A stretch of 47,727 nt of DNA from Phoronis australis (taxonomy: Eukaryota > Animalia > Phoronida): contig NMRA01001153.1 of NCBI GenBank assembly GCA_002633005.1, forward strand, positions 1 to 47,727, given 5' to 3'. Shown here piece after piece: positions 36,080-46,714 of this stretch. A program made the position numbers and the translations under genes. How positions within the stretch are numbered: the first letter of the stretch is position 1; the number at the start of each line of letters is the position of its first letter. Below the pieces are notes generated by a model. The model was not told where the DNA came from and searched no databases. It was given only the letters and a program-made list of their open reading frames with translations.

Positions 36080-36189
36080 TTTCCCTTTTCGCCTATTCGT
36101 GTCACAAGGATACAAGCGGTGACACAGATGACCCATACAAAGGCAAGGATGAAGTGTCCGACACCCACATTCAGAATGGTGAACGCCAT
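36080..36189 (-). CDS. TMEM218: TMEM218 copy A, coding exon 1
   Basis: MAFTILNVGVGHFILAFVWVICVTACILVTRIGEKGK resembles the TMEM218 N-terminus (M..TVLGVG.G.FILA..W); donor GTAAGT; full protein 116 aa. Confidence 0.9.
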
Positions 36190-36989
36190 CTAGAGCTCGT
36201 ACCCAGACCTAACAATAAGTAAAAGAATTACGTAATACAAAAGCTGCCAGACAATAAGACAAGTCTTAGCCAAACCAACAATCAGGATTTCAACAGGTAT
36301 TCAACTAACTGGTGAACGACTGGGGTGTGTTTCATGAAAAATGACTTAAAAGGCAGACATTTGGTCTGATGCTCCCACTCCAAAGTTGTGAAATGAAGTC
36401 TTAGTCACGTAATTATGTACACACCACTGCCTGAAAACATCTAGTGCAAGTTTTCTCATTTGAAAAAAACACTTAGGGATTATTCTCAGGTATATTATTC
36501 TTTTCTAAAGTGAGTTTCAATAATTCTTTAGAAATAGAAATGTGGAGTGTGAGACCAAAAGTTGTGTCTTAAGTCTGAATTCACTTTTCATGAAGCAGAA
36601 AACACAGGGAGAACATTAACTGGTCCTGAACACTAACATGCAGGGGACATCTATTGTTGAGGCGTGGAACCACTATGCTGATCCTGTGTCAATCGTACAA
36701 ATGAAATTTGAACTGATATGCAACTGATATTCACTAAAATTAGTATCACCCGGCAACTGCAATTCTATATGAAGTGCCTTGTGGAGCCCTTACCGTTTAT
36801 TTTCGCTACTGAATATGCCGACAACATAAAACATGTTATTATTTCAAATGAACTTTTATCATGGAAATGAACAATTGATAAGAAAAATAAATTGTGCAGG
36901 GTGTCAGGTAGCCTTGTGAAAGAGCTCACAGTCATGTCAAGTTTAGGGTATACCTGAATGGTCTTGCATGACGCGAGTTCATCTAGTCT

Positions 36990-37216
36990 GGCTTGGGTAC
37001 AACCCAAACCATTTTGTATGTACTCAAAATTGTGTTTGTGTATTCAGCTCTCAGGCAGTGAGTACGCCCCAAATCATTTTCGGTGTACTCATAAATTTGT
37101 ATCTGTGTATTAGCAGCTCTGAATCTGAGTGCACCCCTAATCATTTTGGGTGCACTCATAAAATTGTGTTGGTGGATTCACCTCTGGAGCTCTGGGTACA
37201 TCCCAAATCATTTTGA
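36990..37216. repeat. About 66-bp tandem repeat, 3.5 units, each with an internal palindrome
   Basis: Units contain GAGTGCACCC-ctaatcatttt-GGGTGCACTC and variants of it. Confidence 0.75.
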
Positions 37217-37217
37217 C

Positions 37218-38333
37218 TGCTATGTCGTCATCTCTGTCCGTCCGTCCGGACAGACACCGCCCGTATGTCCACTGCTCTATCTCCAAAACTGGTTGACGTA
37301 TGTTCATGAAATTTTGCATGTGGTCATTTCACGGATGGTATGGCATGAGCGAAGTTTCGGACGGATTTGACTACCGGTGTGCCCCTTAGTGGCAATTTTT
37401 ATGCGCCTACACATTTATATGTGGTCGCATATTGCCGTCAACTCTGTCTGGGCGTCCGCGGCTGTATCTCCTAAACCCCTCGCAGGATCTTATTGAAATT
37501 TGGCAGGTATGTTCCTATGAGGTTGACGACAGAGGGTGACAAGTTTCGGAGCGACCCAAATACCGCTTTACCCTCTAGTGGGAATTTTCCTTTTTTATGT
37601 TCGCCTCTGTATCTTCAAAGGTCCTCAACCAATTTTCAGGAAATTTGGTACATAAACATCTAATAATGGGTTGACGCTATCCTTCCGTTTTCGGATGGAT
37701 TTGAGACATTTTGCGCCATCTAGTGGCCATTTTTACTATTTTGGAGTCGTTTTTTTGGCATCCACCCCTGTAACAACCAAACCACTATAAGGATGATTGT
37801 GAAAGTTGGCATGTATGTTCGTACTATGATGAAGACAGTTGACGATGATTTTCCGACGACTTCGACTACTGTGGCACCTCCTAGTGGCAGTTTTGTTTTT
37901 TTTTTGCGCCCATGGCTGTATCTCCTAAACCGTTCGCAGGATTTTTACGAAATTTTGTAAGTATAATAAAATATGATGTTAACAACAGAAGATGAAGACT
38001 TTTGGATGGACCCGACTACCGGTGTGCCCCCTAGTGGCAATTATAATTTTTTACGCTTACCTTTGTATCTTCAAAAGTCCTGAACGGACTTTCATGAAAT
38101 TTGGTATGTAGGCACCTATTAGTGAGATGACGCTATCCTCTCGTTTTCAGATGGATTCAACATAGTTTGCGCCACCTAGTGGCCATTTTTATACTGTTTT
38201 CGAGTCTGTATTTTTGCGTCCACCCCTCTATCAACCAAACCGCTCAAAGGATGATTGTGAAAATTGGCGTGTATGTGCTTACTATTAAGAGGACAGCTGA
38301 CAATGATTTTCAGACGATTTGGACTACTGCGAC
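37218..38333. mobile_element. Helentron/HINE-like element with an internal satellite array (about 150-bp monomers, about 456-bp higher-order period), running into the gap
   Basis: (GTCC)n microsatellite near 37236, then monomers with GAAATTTGG and TAGTGG motifs. Blocks recur about 456 bp apart (GGCTGTATCTCCTAAACC at about 37460/37914; GACGCTATCCT at about 37673/38130). Confidence 0.65.
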
Positions 38334-38466
38334 NNNNNNNNNNNNNNNNNNNNNNNNNNNNNNNNNNNNNNNNNNNNNNNNNNNNNNNNNNNNNNNNNNN
38401 NNNNNNNNNNNNNNNNNNNNNNNNNNNNNNNNNNNNNNNNNNNNNNNNNNNNNNNNNNNNNNNNNN
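38334..38466. other. Assembly gap (N run)
   Basis: 133 N bases. Confidence 1.
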
Positions 38467-38771
38467 TTGAAAGGCATATCCAGTTTACATACTTGAAAAA
38501 TCAGCAGCACTTCGTCTCAATTTTATGGGATTTCATTTTTACCAATTGTGGAATGCGACTTCCTTCTCAAAATACATCCCTCCAAATTGCCATAAAGAGA
38601 GCCAGGGTTAAACATTGATGACTATCAGACAGTTCAGGACAACTAATAACTAAGAGATGACATCTCCGTGATCCCACTCAAATGAAATTTGACATCGGCC
38701 AACAGCAACCTCTCAGCATTTGACCTTTAAGGCCATCTCCAAAGTGACAGCAACAAAAGTTAACACTGCCA

Positions 38772-38909
38772 TCACCTCAGCTTCTTCAAAGGTTTAGCGT
38801 AGATTGGCATCATGATATGATCCACGACAAACAGCCCAATAGCAACCAATAGGACAAGTGCTAGCAATGTGATGCAGGTTGTTCGGCCAATCACAGTCTC
38901 GTCATAAAT
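38772..38909 (-). CDS. TMEM218: TMEM218 copy B, coding exon 3
   Basis: Same peptide as copy A exon 3; intact acceptor. Confidence 0.9.
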   Translation of the reverse strand: MYDETVIGRTTCITLLALVLLVAIGLFVVDHIMMPIYAKPLKKLR

Positions 38910-38994
38910 CTGAAACAGTTTGGTTACAAGAAGTTGACACTGATGCAGAGCTGAGGTCAAATAAGGAAATTGAGACACATTTCCTATTTCATGA

Positions 38995-39236
38995 CATGCG
39001 CGCACCCAGCCTTTAAAATGGGGGGCTTGAATTTCTGACAAAGTGGACCTATTGCTAACAAAAAAGCGAGAGGACTAAAAAAAATGGGGTACCACCTTCA
39101 GAACTGTGAACTGTGCGTCTGCACCTTTTTAGTGGACTTTTGTCTCATTTACTTTCTGAGGCAGACTTTTTTACCCACTTCGCCAAATGGGGGGTTCGTT
39201 TGAACTCCCGAGCCCCCCCCCCTGGGTGCGTGCATG
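38995..39236 (-). mobile_element. MITE with 5-bp TSD (duplicate of 34784-35032)
   Basis: Same TIRs and CATGA TSD. Confidence 0.85.
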
Positions 39237-39767
39237 CATGAAAGAGACTTAAGACAGTATTTAGAATTGTGTAGCCTGCCTGAGCAACACAATGGGGGTG
39301 ATTAGTCTTCTGCATACCACTGCACAGGAAAGCACTGATCTGAGTGATCGTAACACCCCCTCCACCAAAGAATTCAGTGCAAGTTGAAAAGGGGACAGCG
39401 TCGTACCATAGGGTACAGTGTCATACCATAGGGTACAGTGTCATACCATAGGGTACAGTGTCATACCATCATGAATGAATGCTGAACTTTGGGACAGAAT
39501 CCACAGCTGCCGTTCCATAAATGAAGACTTCTGATGCAAGTGCAAGGCGAAGTTCTTGGGTCTACGGTACCAAGCCCTGGCCAATTCCACATGGTACACA
39601 CATGGCAAACTGGTAACCCCGATGGTTTATACATAGCAAACTGGTAATCCTCAATGGTATACTCATGATGAACAGGTAATCCCCAATGGCATACACATGG
39701 AAAACTGGTAAACCCCAATGATTTACACATGGCAAACTGGTAAACCCCAATGGTATACTATATTTAC

Positions 39768-39870
39768 CTTATGGTCCACTACTTTGGGCTCATTAATAGA
39801 CTCCCTTGGGATGACCCACATCACCACAGTTATGACCCCGGCCAGTATAATGAAGGCTGGGCCTATCGAC
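39768..39870 (-). CDS. TMEM218: TMEM218 copy B, coding exon 2
   Basis: Same peptide as copy A exon 2; intact splice sites. Confidence 0.9.
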
Positions 39871-40258
39871 CTGAAAGATGAAAAATCTATAGTAAGTTAC
39901 CATAACAACAGCTCCACAACGCTCTAAATAATATCCCATCACCAGGCAAAGATCAAACAGCGAAAAAAAATTTTGAATCAGAACACTTAAAACAACCAGA
40001 AATTCAACCTTCCTATAGAACAGCATTTGACTACATGCTTTTTGCTAAGTTGACCCCACTGGGTCACTGAAACTGGGATGTCGATAAGTACAGTAACTAT
40101 AGCAACCAAGTGAAAAAGAAGTAATAAAGTGCAAAAAGGACCTATTAGAAAAAATGGACTTTCGGAATGGAATATTATCGACAGGCCCTGTCAACCAGGT
40201 TTGTTGTGACATGATACGACGGTATCATTTTAGAGGGTTCGAAGGAAAATCCACTTAC

Positions 40259-40368
40259 TTGCCCTTTTCACCTATTCGTGTCACAAGGATACAAGCGGTG
40301 ACACAGATGACCCATACAAAGGCAAGGATGAAGTGTCCGACACCCACATTCAGAATGGTGAACGCCAT
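40259..40368 (-). CDS. TMEM218: TMEM218 copy B, coding exon 1
   Basis: Same peptide as copy A exon 1; ATG at 40368. Confidence 0.9.
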
Positions 40369-41934
40369 CTAGAGCTCGTACCTGGACCTAACAATAAGTA
40401 AAATTAAGATGTACGTAAATACAAAAGCTGCCAGAGAAACACGCAGACAATAAGATGAGCCTTAGTCAAACCAACAATCAGGATTTCAACAGGTAATCGA
40501 CTAACTGATGAACGACTGGGGTGTGTTTCGTGAAAAATGACTTAAAAGGCAGACATTTGGTCTGATACTCCCACTCCAAAGTTGTGAAATGAAGACTTAG
40601 TCACGTAATTATGTGCACACCACTCAGTGCCTGAAAACATCGAGTGCAAGTTTTCTCACTTAAAGAAACACTTATGGATTATTCTCAAGCACCTTATTCT
40701 TTTCTTAAGTGAGTTTCAATTATTCTTTAGAAATATAAACGTGGAGTGTGAGACCAAAGTTGTGTCTTAAGTCTAAATTCACTTTTCATGAAGCAGAAAA
40801 CACAGGGAGAACATTAACTGGTCCTGAACACTAACATGCAGGGGACATCTATTGTTGAGGCGTTGGAACCACTATGCTGATCTTGTGTCAATACAGTACA
40901 AATGAAATTTGAACTGACATGCAACTGATATTCACTAATTAGTATCCCCTGGCAACTGCAATTGTATATGAAGTACCTTGTGGAGCCCTTACCGTTTATT
41001 TTTGCTATTGAATATGGTGACAACATAACTTTTTCATTACAAAAAAATCAAAAAAAGTTTGGGTATATTTCTCGTGAAATAAAGCTTGGAAAATTAAAAG
41101 GACTTTTTAACATTGGCTGGAACAAAGGCCTCTCTGAACTCCAAAAGCTAAAAACATGTGGGGTTTCATTGAATGCACAATGGTTACTGGCCTAAACAAT
41201 AGATGTCACTGCTAGTTAGTATTCAGGTACATAGAAACATCAAGATGTTTGCTTATGGCAAGCTCATTTATCAATGGGGATTCCGGGAACCAACCATGAC
41301 TAAGCATAATTTTAGATCTATGTGTAAACATTGTCAGCTATAAAAAACCCTGGCTGAAAAAGACAGCTTTCACGAAGCACACACACAGAAAGGCAGTTGG
41401 TGTATTGCAATCTAGTAAAGGTAGGTGTTGCACGCTGGTGACCCCAGTCCCTTTGTATCTTGTTTACCTAAGAATCAAGAATATGTATTGTCAATATTTC
41501 CAGTTAAAAACTCTGAGGTTGTATACAGTGAATGCAAAATGTGGCATGGTGCAAAAATAAACAAACTGTTTGATGCTTTACACTGCCAATTGAACCAAAC
41601 GTGAGAATTAAGTTGGAGATTTCATTAACTTAGAACCCCACAGGACAATGTGCACTGTAGGATTTGGCATCAAGCATAAATTAAAATCAAATTTTTCTCC
41701 CTTTCTTAAAAGTGATTGCATTCTCTGTGAGTATATCCAAGTAAGGTAGTAACAAATTTGGTAGCAAAGAAGTGCTTTTTACCCGTTGTCCGCCGTGGGC
41801 CTGATCGAAATTTAAAAAAAAACTAATGGTGGCAGAGCACGAACAGCATTTAAAGATACATGTACTCAGTCGAAACAATTTCTTTTCAAATTTATTTCCA
41901 AATATCGCTCTTTCACCATGCCTTTAAATTTCTT

Positions 41935-42030
41935 TTAATGACCACTTGACCATCATTGACCTTCGGTTAATGACCACTTGATCATAATTGAGCTTCCGTT
42001 AATGACCACTTGACCATCATTGAGCTTCCC
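41935..42030. repeat. 32-bp tandem repeat x3 (TTAATGACCACTTGACCATCATTGAGCTTCCG)
   Basis: Read directly from the sequence. Confidence 0.9.
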
Positions 42031-43624
42031 TTCAAGGAATTGCCGACAAAGTAACAAAAATATACGCGGAGTTGTAACTTGCAAAATGTAGCATGTATCT
42101 TGATTGATGAAAACCCTAATATATTTGTGAATTTAATAAAAAATTAACATACATAAAACATAATGATAGTTTACAAAAATGCAACACTGTTTTTATCATT
42201 TCTTATCAAGACTTATATCAAATGAAATTTGCCCACATTATTGATACCGTTGTTTTGTCATCAATGAACTTTTGTGTTTTGCAACTTTTACATAATAAAA
42301 AGTCACCAGGCCCAATCAATGGCAGATTGGTAAAAAGTCAAAAATCAAAATCTATATAATAAGCACCAAGCATATACATTTAATGATCTGAAATCTAGCT
42401 TCTCGTTGACCTTTGGCCAATTTTACAAACTTGTCAATATGATCCAACATAAGATAAAATTTCACTAATTTCTGACAAAAATAATAGTCAAAATTGCATT
42501 TTCATTTTAAAGGGCTTCTAACATTGTTGGGAATGTCCAAGTTTTTCTAAACAATGTTTGCATACAGAGCGTAAAAACAGAAAAATGCTAATTTAATGCT
42601 ACACATTAGCTGAAGGAAAAAATGAGAGCATAATATTTCACTTGTTGGCCACGTTGTTCCTTAATTGGTGAGGCTTTACTGTAAAATTAAACCTTTTAAT
42701 AATGTTTCGCCTGTTTTAAGTCTTGCACAAAAAAACAAGTCCTGGATTCTTTTCTCACTGCATGGATTACCATATTCTGATGATAGAAATTTTACAGCAA
42801 ACTTCCTTACACTCTCATTGGCAGAATTCAACAGCTGTCATGAATGACAGTGTGTCAACAATCAAACCCATCTGCACCTGAGAAACACTCCAGCCTGTTG
42901 CTCTGAATCTAAATCAATAAACCATGACTAAGCAGAATTCTTGGCCTATTTCTACAGATACTGTGATATACTTTTACATTGACCACTGGAGGCCGCATAA
43001 GTCACAATTTTAAGCTGGAAACTTGATTTTTAAGCTTAGAATTGCAGTATCTACAAACCATCCATTGCTTTAAAGAGGTCGATTCACAGCTATTTAGTTG
43101 TAGTTAATATGTATACACATGTGTTGACTGTTAATAAAGATTGCTTATAAACCACATTTATTTTTATTTCATATCCCATATTCTTCTATTATTCGTGTAA
43201 AGCACTCTCCCACTTCCCCAAAAAATTTCGAGAACAGAAAATTTTCAACTTCGGTTATTTTCGGAATCACGTCACGTCCGGAAGCGGACCCGATCACTAC
43301 CGAGTCTGTCCATATAGGTTTGTACTGGGACTATCTGGCACAAATGGAAGCTTTCTGTTCGTTCGAATGGGTTTATTATGCAACTTTTGCCAATCAATTC
43401 TCAGAAATGTGACACATATGCACATGGTCTTGTGCGTTGCCATAAACATTTCACAGTAGTTAGCAATGAATCTTGGCAATAAAGTATTCGAGTACAGCCG
43501 CACGTCTCTCGCACTGTCTTTCTACGCATGACGTATCGTGTCTGTTGTTGTGTGCCAATTGGAATACTTACTTGGACATTAAACACATTTTTATACTTCA
43601 ACTCGATTAAAAATTTGAAGAACA

Positions 43625-43850
43625 ATGCGGACTGTTGTGTGATTGGAGGCTGTGACTAGGTGTCAGGGTCTGGGGTGTCATTACATAGGTTTCCCACTAA
43701 CCCCAGACTGTGTCGCAGGTGGGAAGACTTCGTGATGTCCACGAGAAAATTTAGTGGAGCGTCGCCGTATTCGGCGATATGCAGTCAACCTTTTTCTGCA
43801 GATTGTTTCGAGGACGACAGCCTGCAATCGCAGTATGGTTGGAAACCAAG
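43625..43850 (+). pseudogene. THAP zinc-finger exon of the Kolobok transposase (disrupted)
   Basis: CCVIGGCD*VSGSGVSLHRFPTNPRLCRRWEDFV...SAICSQPFSADCF. THAP motifs are present, but there is a stop at 43657, the ATG is out of frame and the Zn-ligand His reads Pro. Donor GTAAGT at 43851. Confidence 0.8.
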
Positions 43851-44424
43851 GTAAGTGAAATTTTAGATAATATTCATAACTGTACATGCTGTCGCTTTGC
43901 GGAAGCTAGTAGGGCTAGGGCCAATGAGTAAGCAAACAACATTACTAATGGCGTATACATGTAACATCGAAGGACACTGTCGGAAGCCTCTTTTCTTTTG
44001 AATTATGATTTTTGCAACATAATTGTGTGTAGTTGCTCGAATGCTACTTACCTGTCGTATTTTTGAAATTAAATAAACATTTTGGTGATTAAATTAATTC
44101 AAGTGCAGGTGACTTTTAATGGTTTCGACCCCCTCTCTGATCAGTAATTACTTAAAATGGATATAAAATCAAAAATAAGCTTTTGCTATAAAATACACAT
44201 TGTAATCCACAACCTACAACAAAACTTATCCCACCTTACTTTCCACCTATGCAAATCAAGAAACGTAAGACAAAACGGCAAATAGTCTTGCATATCGCAG
44301 TTTATCCATCTACCAGTCCCAATATTTGAAATTGCTTTTTATTTAACTTGAAGTATTATAAATAAATCGAAAATAAACATATTCACATTCAAACTCGGGG
44401 CATTGTTTTTGTTTTCCATTAACC

Positions 44425-44681
44425 AAACATGATAAAACGTCTGAAGTTGTGCGGTCATTGTCTTTGGGATCCGCCGCTGTCTCTTCATCCAAAGCGACCG
44501 GGACACTTGCAGGCACTGGTTCGAACCTGTAGGGCCCATTTATGTTGTCAAAAACACGCTCACGATGGTCGTGGTGCATATCGTCTGTGTCTGACACTTC
44601 ATCGTCACACTCAAGCAAAAGATTTTCTAACATTAATTCCTCGTCGCTGGAAGACTCGTCGCTAAAGCTTTTGTAATCCAT
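44425..44681 (-). pseudogene. KolX-like (P2X7 cytoplasmic-ballast-related) N-terminal exon
   Basis: Acidic N-terminus (MDYKSFSDESSSDEE...), then GPYRFEP and DRTTSDVLSC. This fits the PY.FEP...R.....WC pattern that precedes the Cys-rich domain; the Cys-rich domain itself is absent. Confidence 0.6.
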
Positions 44682-45377
44682 GTTGGTTCCTGCCTTGTGT
44701 GACTGCGGTTTACCAGCCGAGTTCATTCCTATAATACAGTTGTCTTCCGGACTCGACATCACAGACGCTTATGTAACCGCCTAGTCTGTTTTCAACTCTG
44801 CTGAAGTGGAAGAAGGTCATTACTGCTGTGCTTGTCTAATTAATCACGATGTGCGCCCAAGTAACAGGCTTCTGCTGTGCTATTCTTTGAGTTGAAAAGC
44901 AGTTGTTTTGGTGTGAAACTATGTCTTTAATATAACACAGTTCTAAACCTCACCCCTTAAAGGAGCATGCCACCCGATTTAATTTGTCTTTTTTATCGTC
45001 TTAATCGATCTGTATCCACATCGCCTCTTATACGGTCGACCTCACCTTCGCAAGAGGTGTCGCGATAACTTGTGAGGAAGGTGAGAAACGACACAGCAAC
45101 ATCAGTGGTTCGCCTGAAGATTGAATGCTGCTATATTGCGGTGCACCGTTCCCGCTTGTCTGAACTATGAAGCTGCGAAGAAAGCGGGTATATCGTTTTT
45201 TTTGACTTCCTCGAGAACCCGAAATGCTTAGGAAGAGGCTCGCGGTTGTGAAAAATGAACGCTGTTAATGACAAGTATGAGGTCGTGTAACATCTCTGTG
45301 TCTGTGGCCAGCAAACTATTGACAGAAAATCTTGGCATGTTGAAAGGGCTATATGAAAAACTGTTTTACAATTTCAG

Positions 45378-45490
45378 GACTACCTGGCTGGCAGTGCATT
45401 CACTGTTGCTGACTGTAGCATGTTCCCTCATTTAGCTTTATTAGTCAGACTTGGACTTCAGCTGGCAGGGAGATGGCCTAATCTAAAGAG
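45378..45490 (+). CDS. Glutathione S-transferase (rho-like), penultimate exon
   Basis: DYLAGSAFTVADCSMFPHLALLVRLGLQLAGRWPNLKR carries the GST C-domain YLAG..FT.AD and P.L motifs; TTTCAG acceptor, GTGAGA donor. Confidence 0.85.
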
Positions 45491-46617
45491 GTGAGAGGTC
45501 ATTGGATGACAGCTCTGAAAAGCTTGCACTCCCAAACACTGAGTATCCACCTTCCAAGCAATTCTGGGGCCATTTGAACTAATATTTTGGGGATTGCAAA
45601 CTGAGTCCACAGGCCACTTAAGCACAGGATGGTGTACAGCATATTAAAATCTCATGGCATCTTATGTAATGGATTAACACAAGTAGATAATCAACAGCTG
45701 AAGCAGATGATATCTGACTAATTTTTTTTTTAAACAAATGAAACTTCTGCCAAAGGAGACACAACAGTAAAATCAGTATATATCTTCTTTGGTTCAGTGT
45801 GACACGTGACACAAACACATCATTGGGTAAACACTTCATCAGCGCGAACTAGCATCACTTATATTTACAGTCACGTGAGAGTAAAACTTGTTGAAGTATC
45901 CCGTCAGCGAAAAACCAACTTGAATTGGTGAACAAGCAGCAGTGAGGAAATTGCAACAACAGGCTCTGTATTTCAAATCTTCTGAGGCACGAACAAAACT
46001 AATGTACCCATTGCAAATAGCATTATAAGGCCTTCATGAATTAGTGTTTCAATAAACATGCATTAGGTAAATTCACAGGTTTCCCTCTACAAATGAGTAC
46101 TAGTAACAAAGTAAGAGACTATAAACTCAGCTTGGGTCACAAAAAGCAATTTTCAACCACATCCATTCATTACAAAAGTTGTCTTATATTCTTCAGTGGA
46201 AATAAGTAACTGCTGAGCTATCATTTGGGACTAGGGAATAAAAGTTGACTTGCCACCATGTGTCATTTAAAATCTTTGCCAAAATCTTTGCCAAGCAGCG
46301 TGGTCTAGAAGACCGCCAGTTCTTTACAAGACCTAAAAACACTTCTTAATTTAGAAACCATGTAGAGACTAACTTCATAATAGTTTACAAGTGATCAAAT
46401 CCAAAACAGATTTTTTGATGCATTGTGGGCTTAGTTCCAATTGAGATTGGAAAGTTAAAAATCTCGTTTTGCATTTCCACAACATAAAGCCACAACAATT
46501 TCCCTTACCATACATTACGGTAATTGGTATAATCATTAATAGTAAACTACAAGTCAGAGAAACAGTACACCAGATGGCACAAATGAACATGTGTGACCTA
46601 TGACCTTCTGTTGCTAG

Positions 46618-46714
46618 GTACTATGATACAATCAGCCAACGACCAACAGTGAAGAAGACCTGGCCCCCAGAATGGACGGGCGACAACAAGACTGTGTTCG
46701 ACTTCATCAAATAA
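46618..46714 (+). CDS. Glutathione S-transferase (rho-like), last exon
   Basis: Phase-2 join gives YYDTISQRPTVKKTWPPEWTGDNKTVFDFIK*; RP.(V/I)K..WPP.W is typical of rho-class GST C-termini. Confidence 0.85.

Larger units (their letters stand above)
34262..36829 (+). repeat. Segmental duplicate A (direct repeat of 38467-41028)
   Basis: Colinear high-identity match including introns. Copy B starts exactly at the N-gap edge. Confidence 0.95.
38467..41028 (+). repeat. Segmental duplicate B (direct repeat of 34262-36829)
   Basis: Colinear match to copy A. Confidence 0.95.
43074..44926. mobile_element. Internally deleted Kolobok DNA transposon
   Basis: TTAA on both sides (43070-43073, 44927-44930). 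Degenerate TIRs AGAGGTCGATTCACA and (reverse complement) AGACATAGTTTCACA. Convergent THAP (+) and KolX-like (-) first exons. Confidence 0.7.

Noticed and set aside
38167-38618. ORFs containing X runs
   Set aside because: Artefacts of the N gap.
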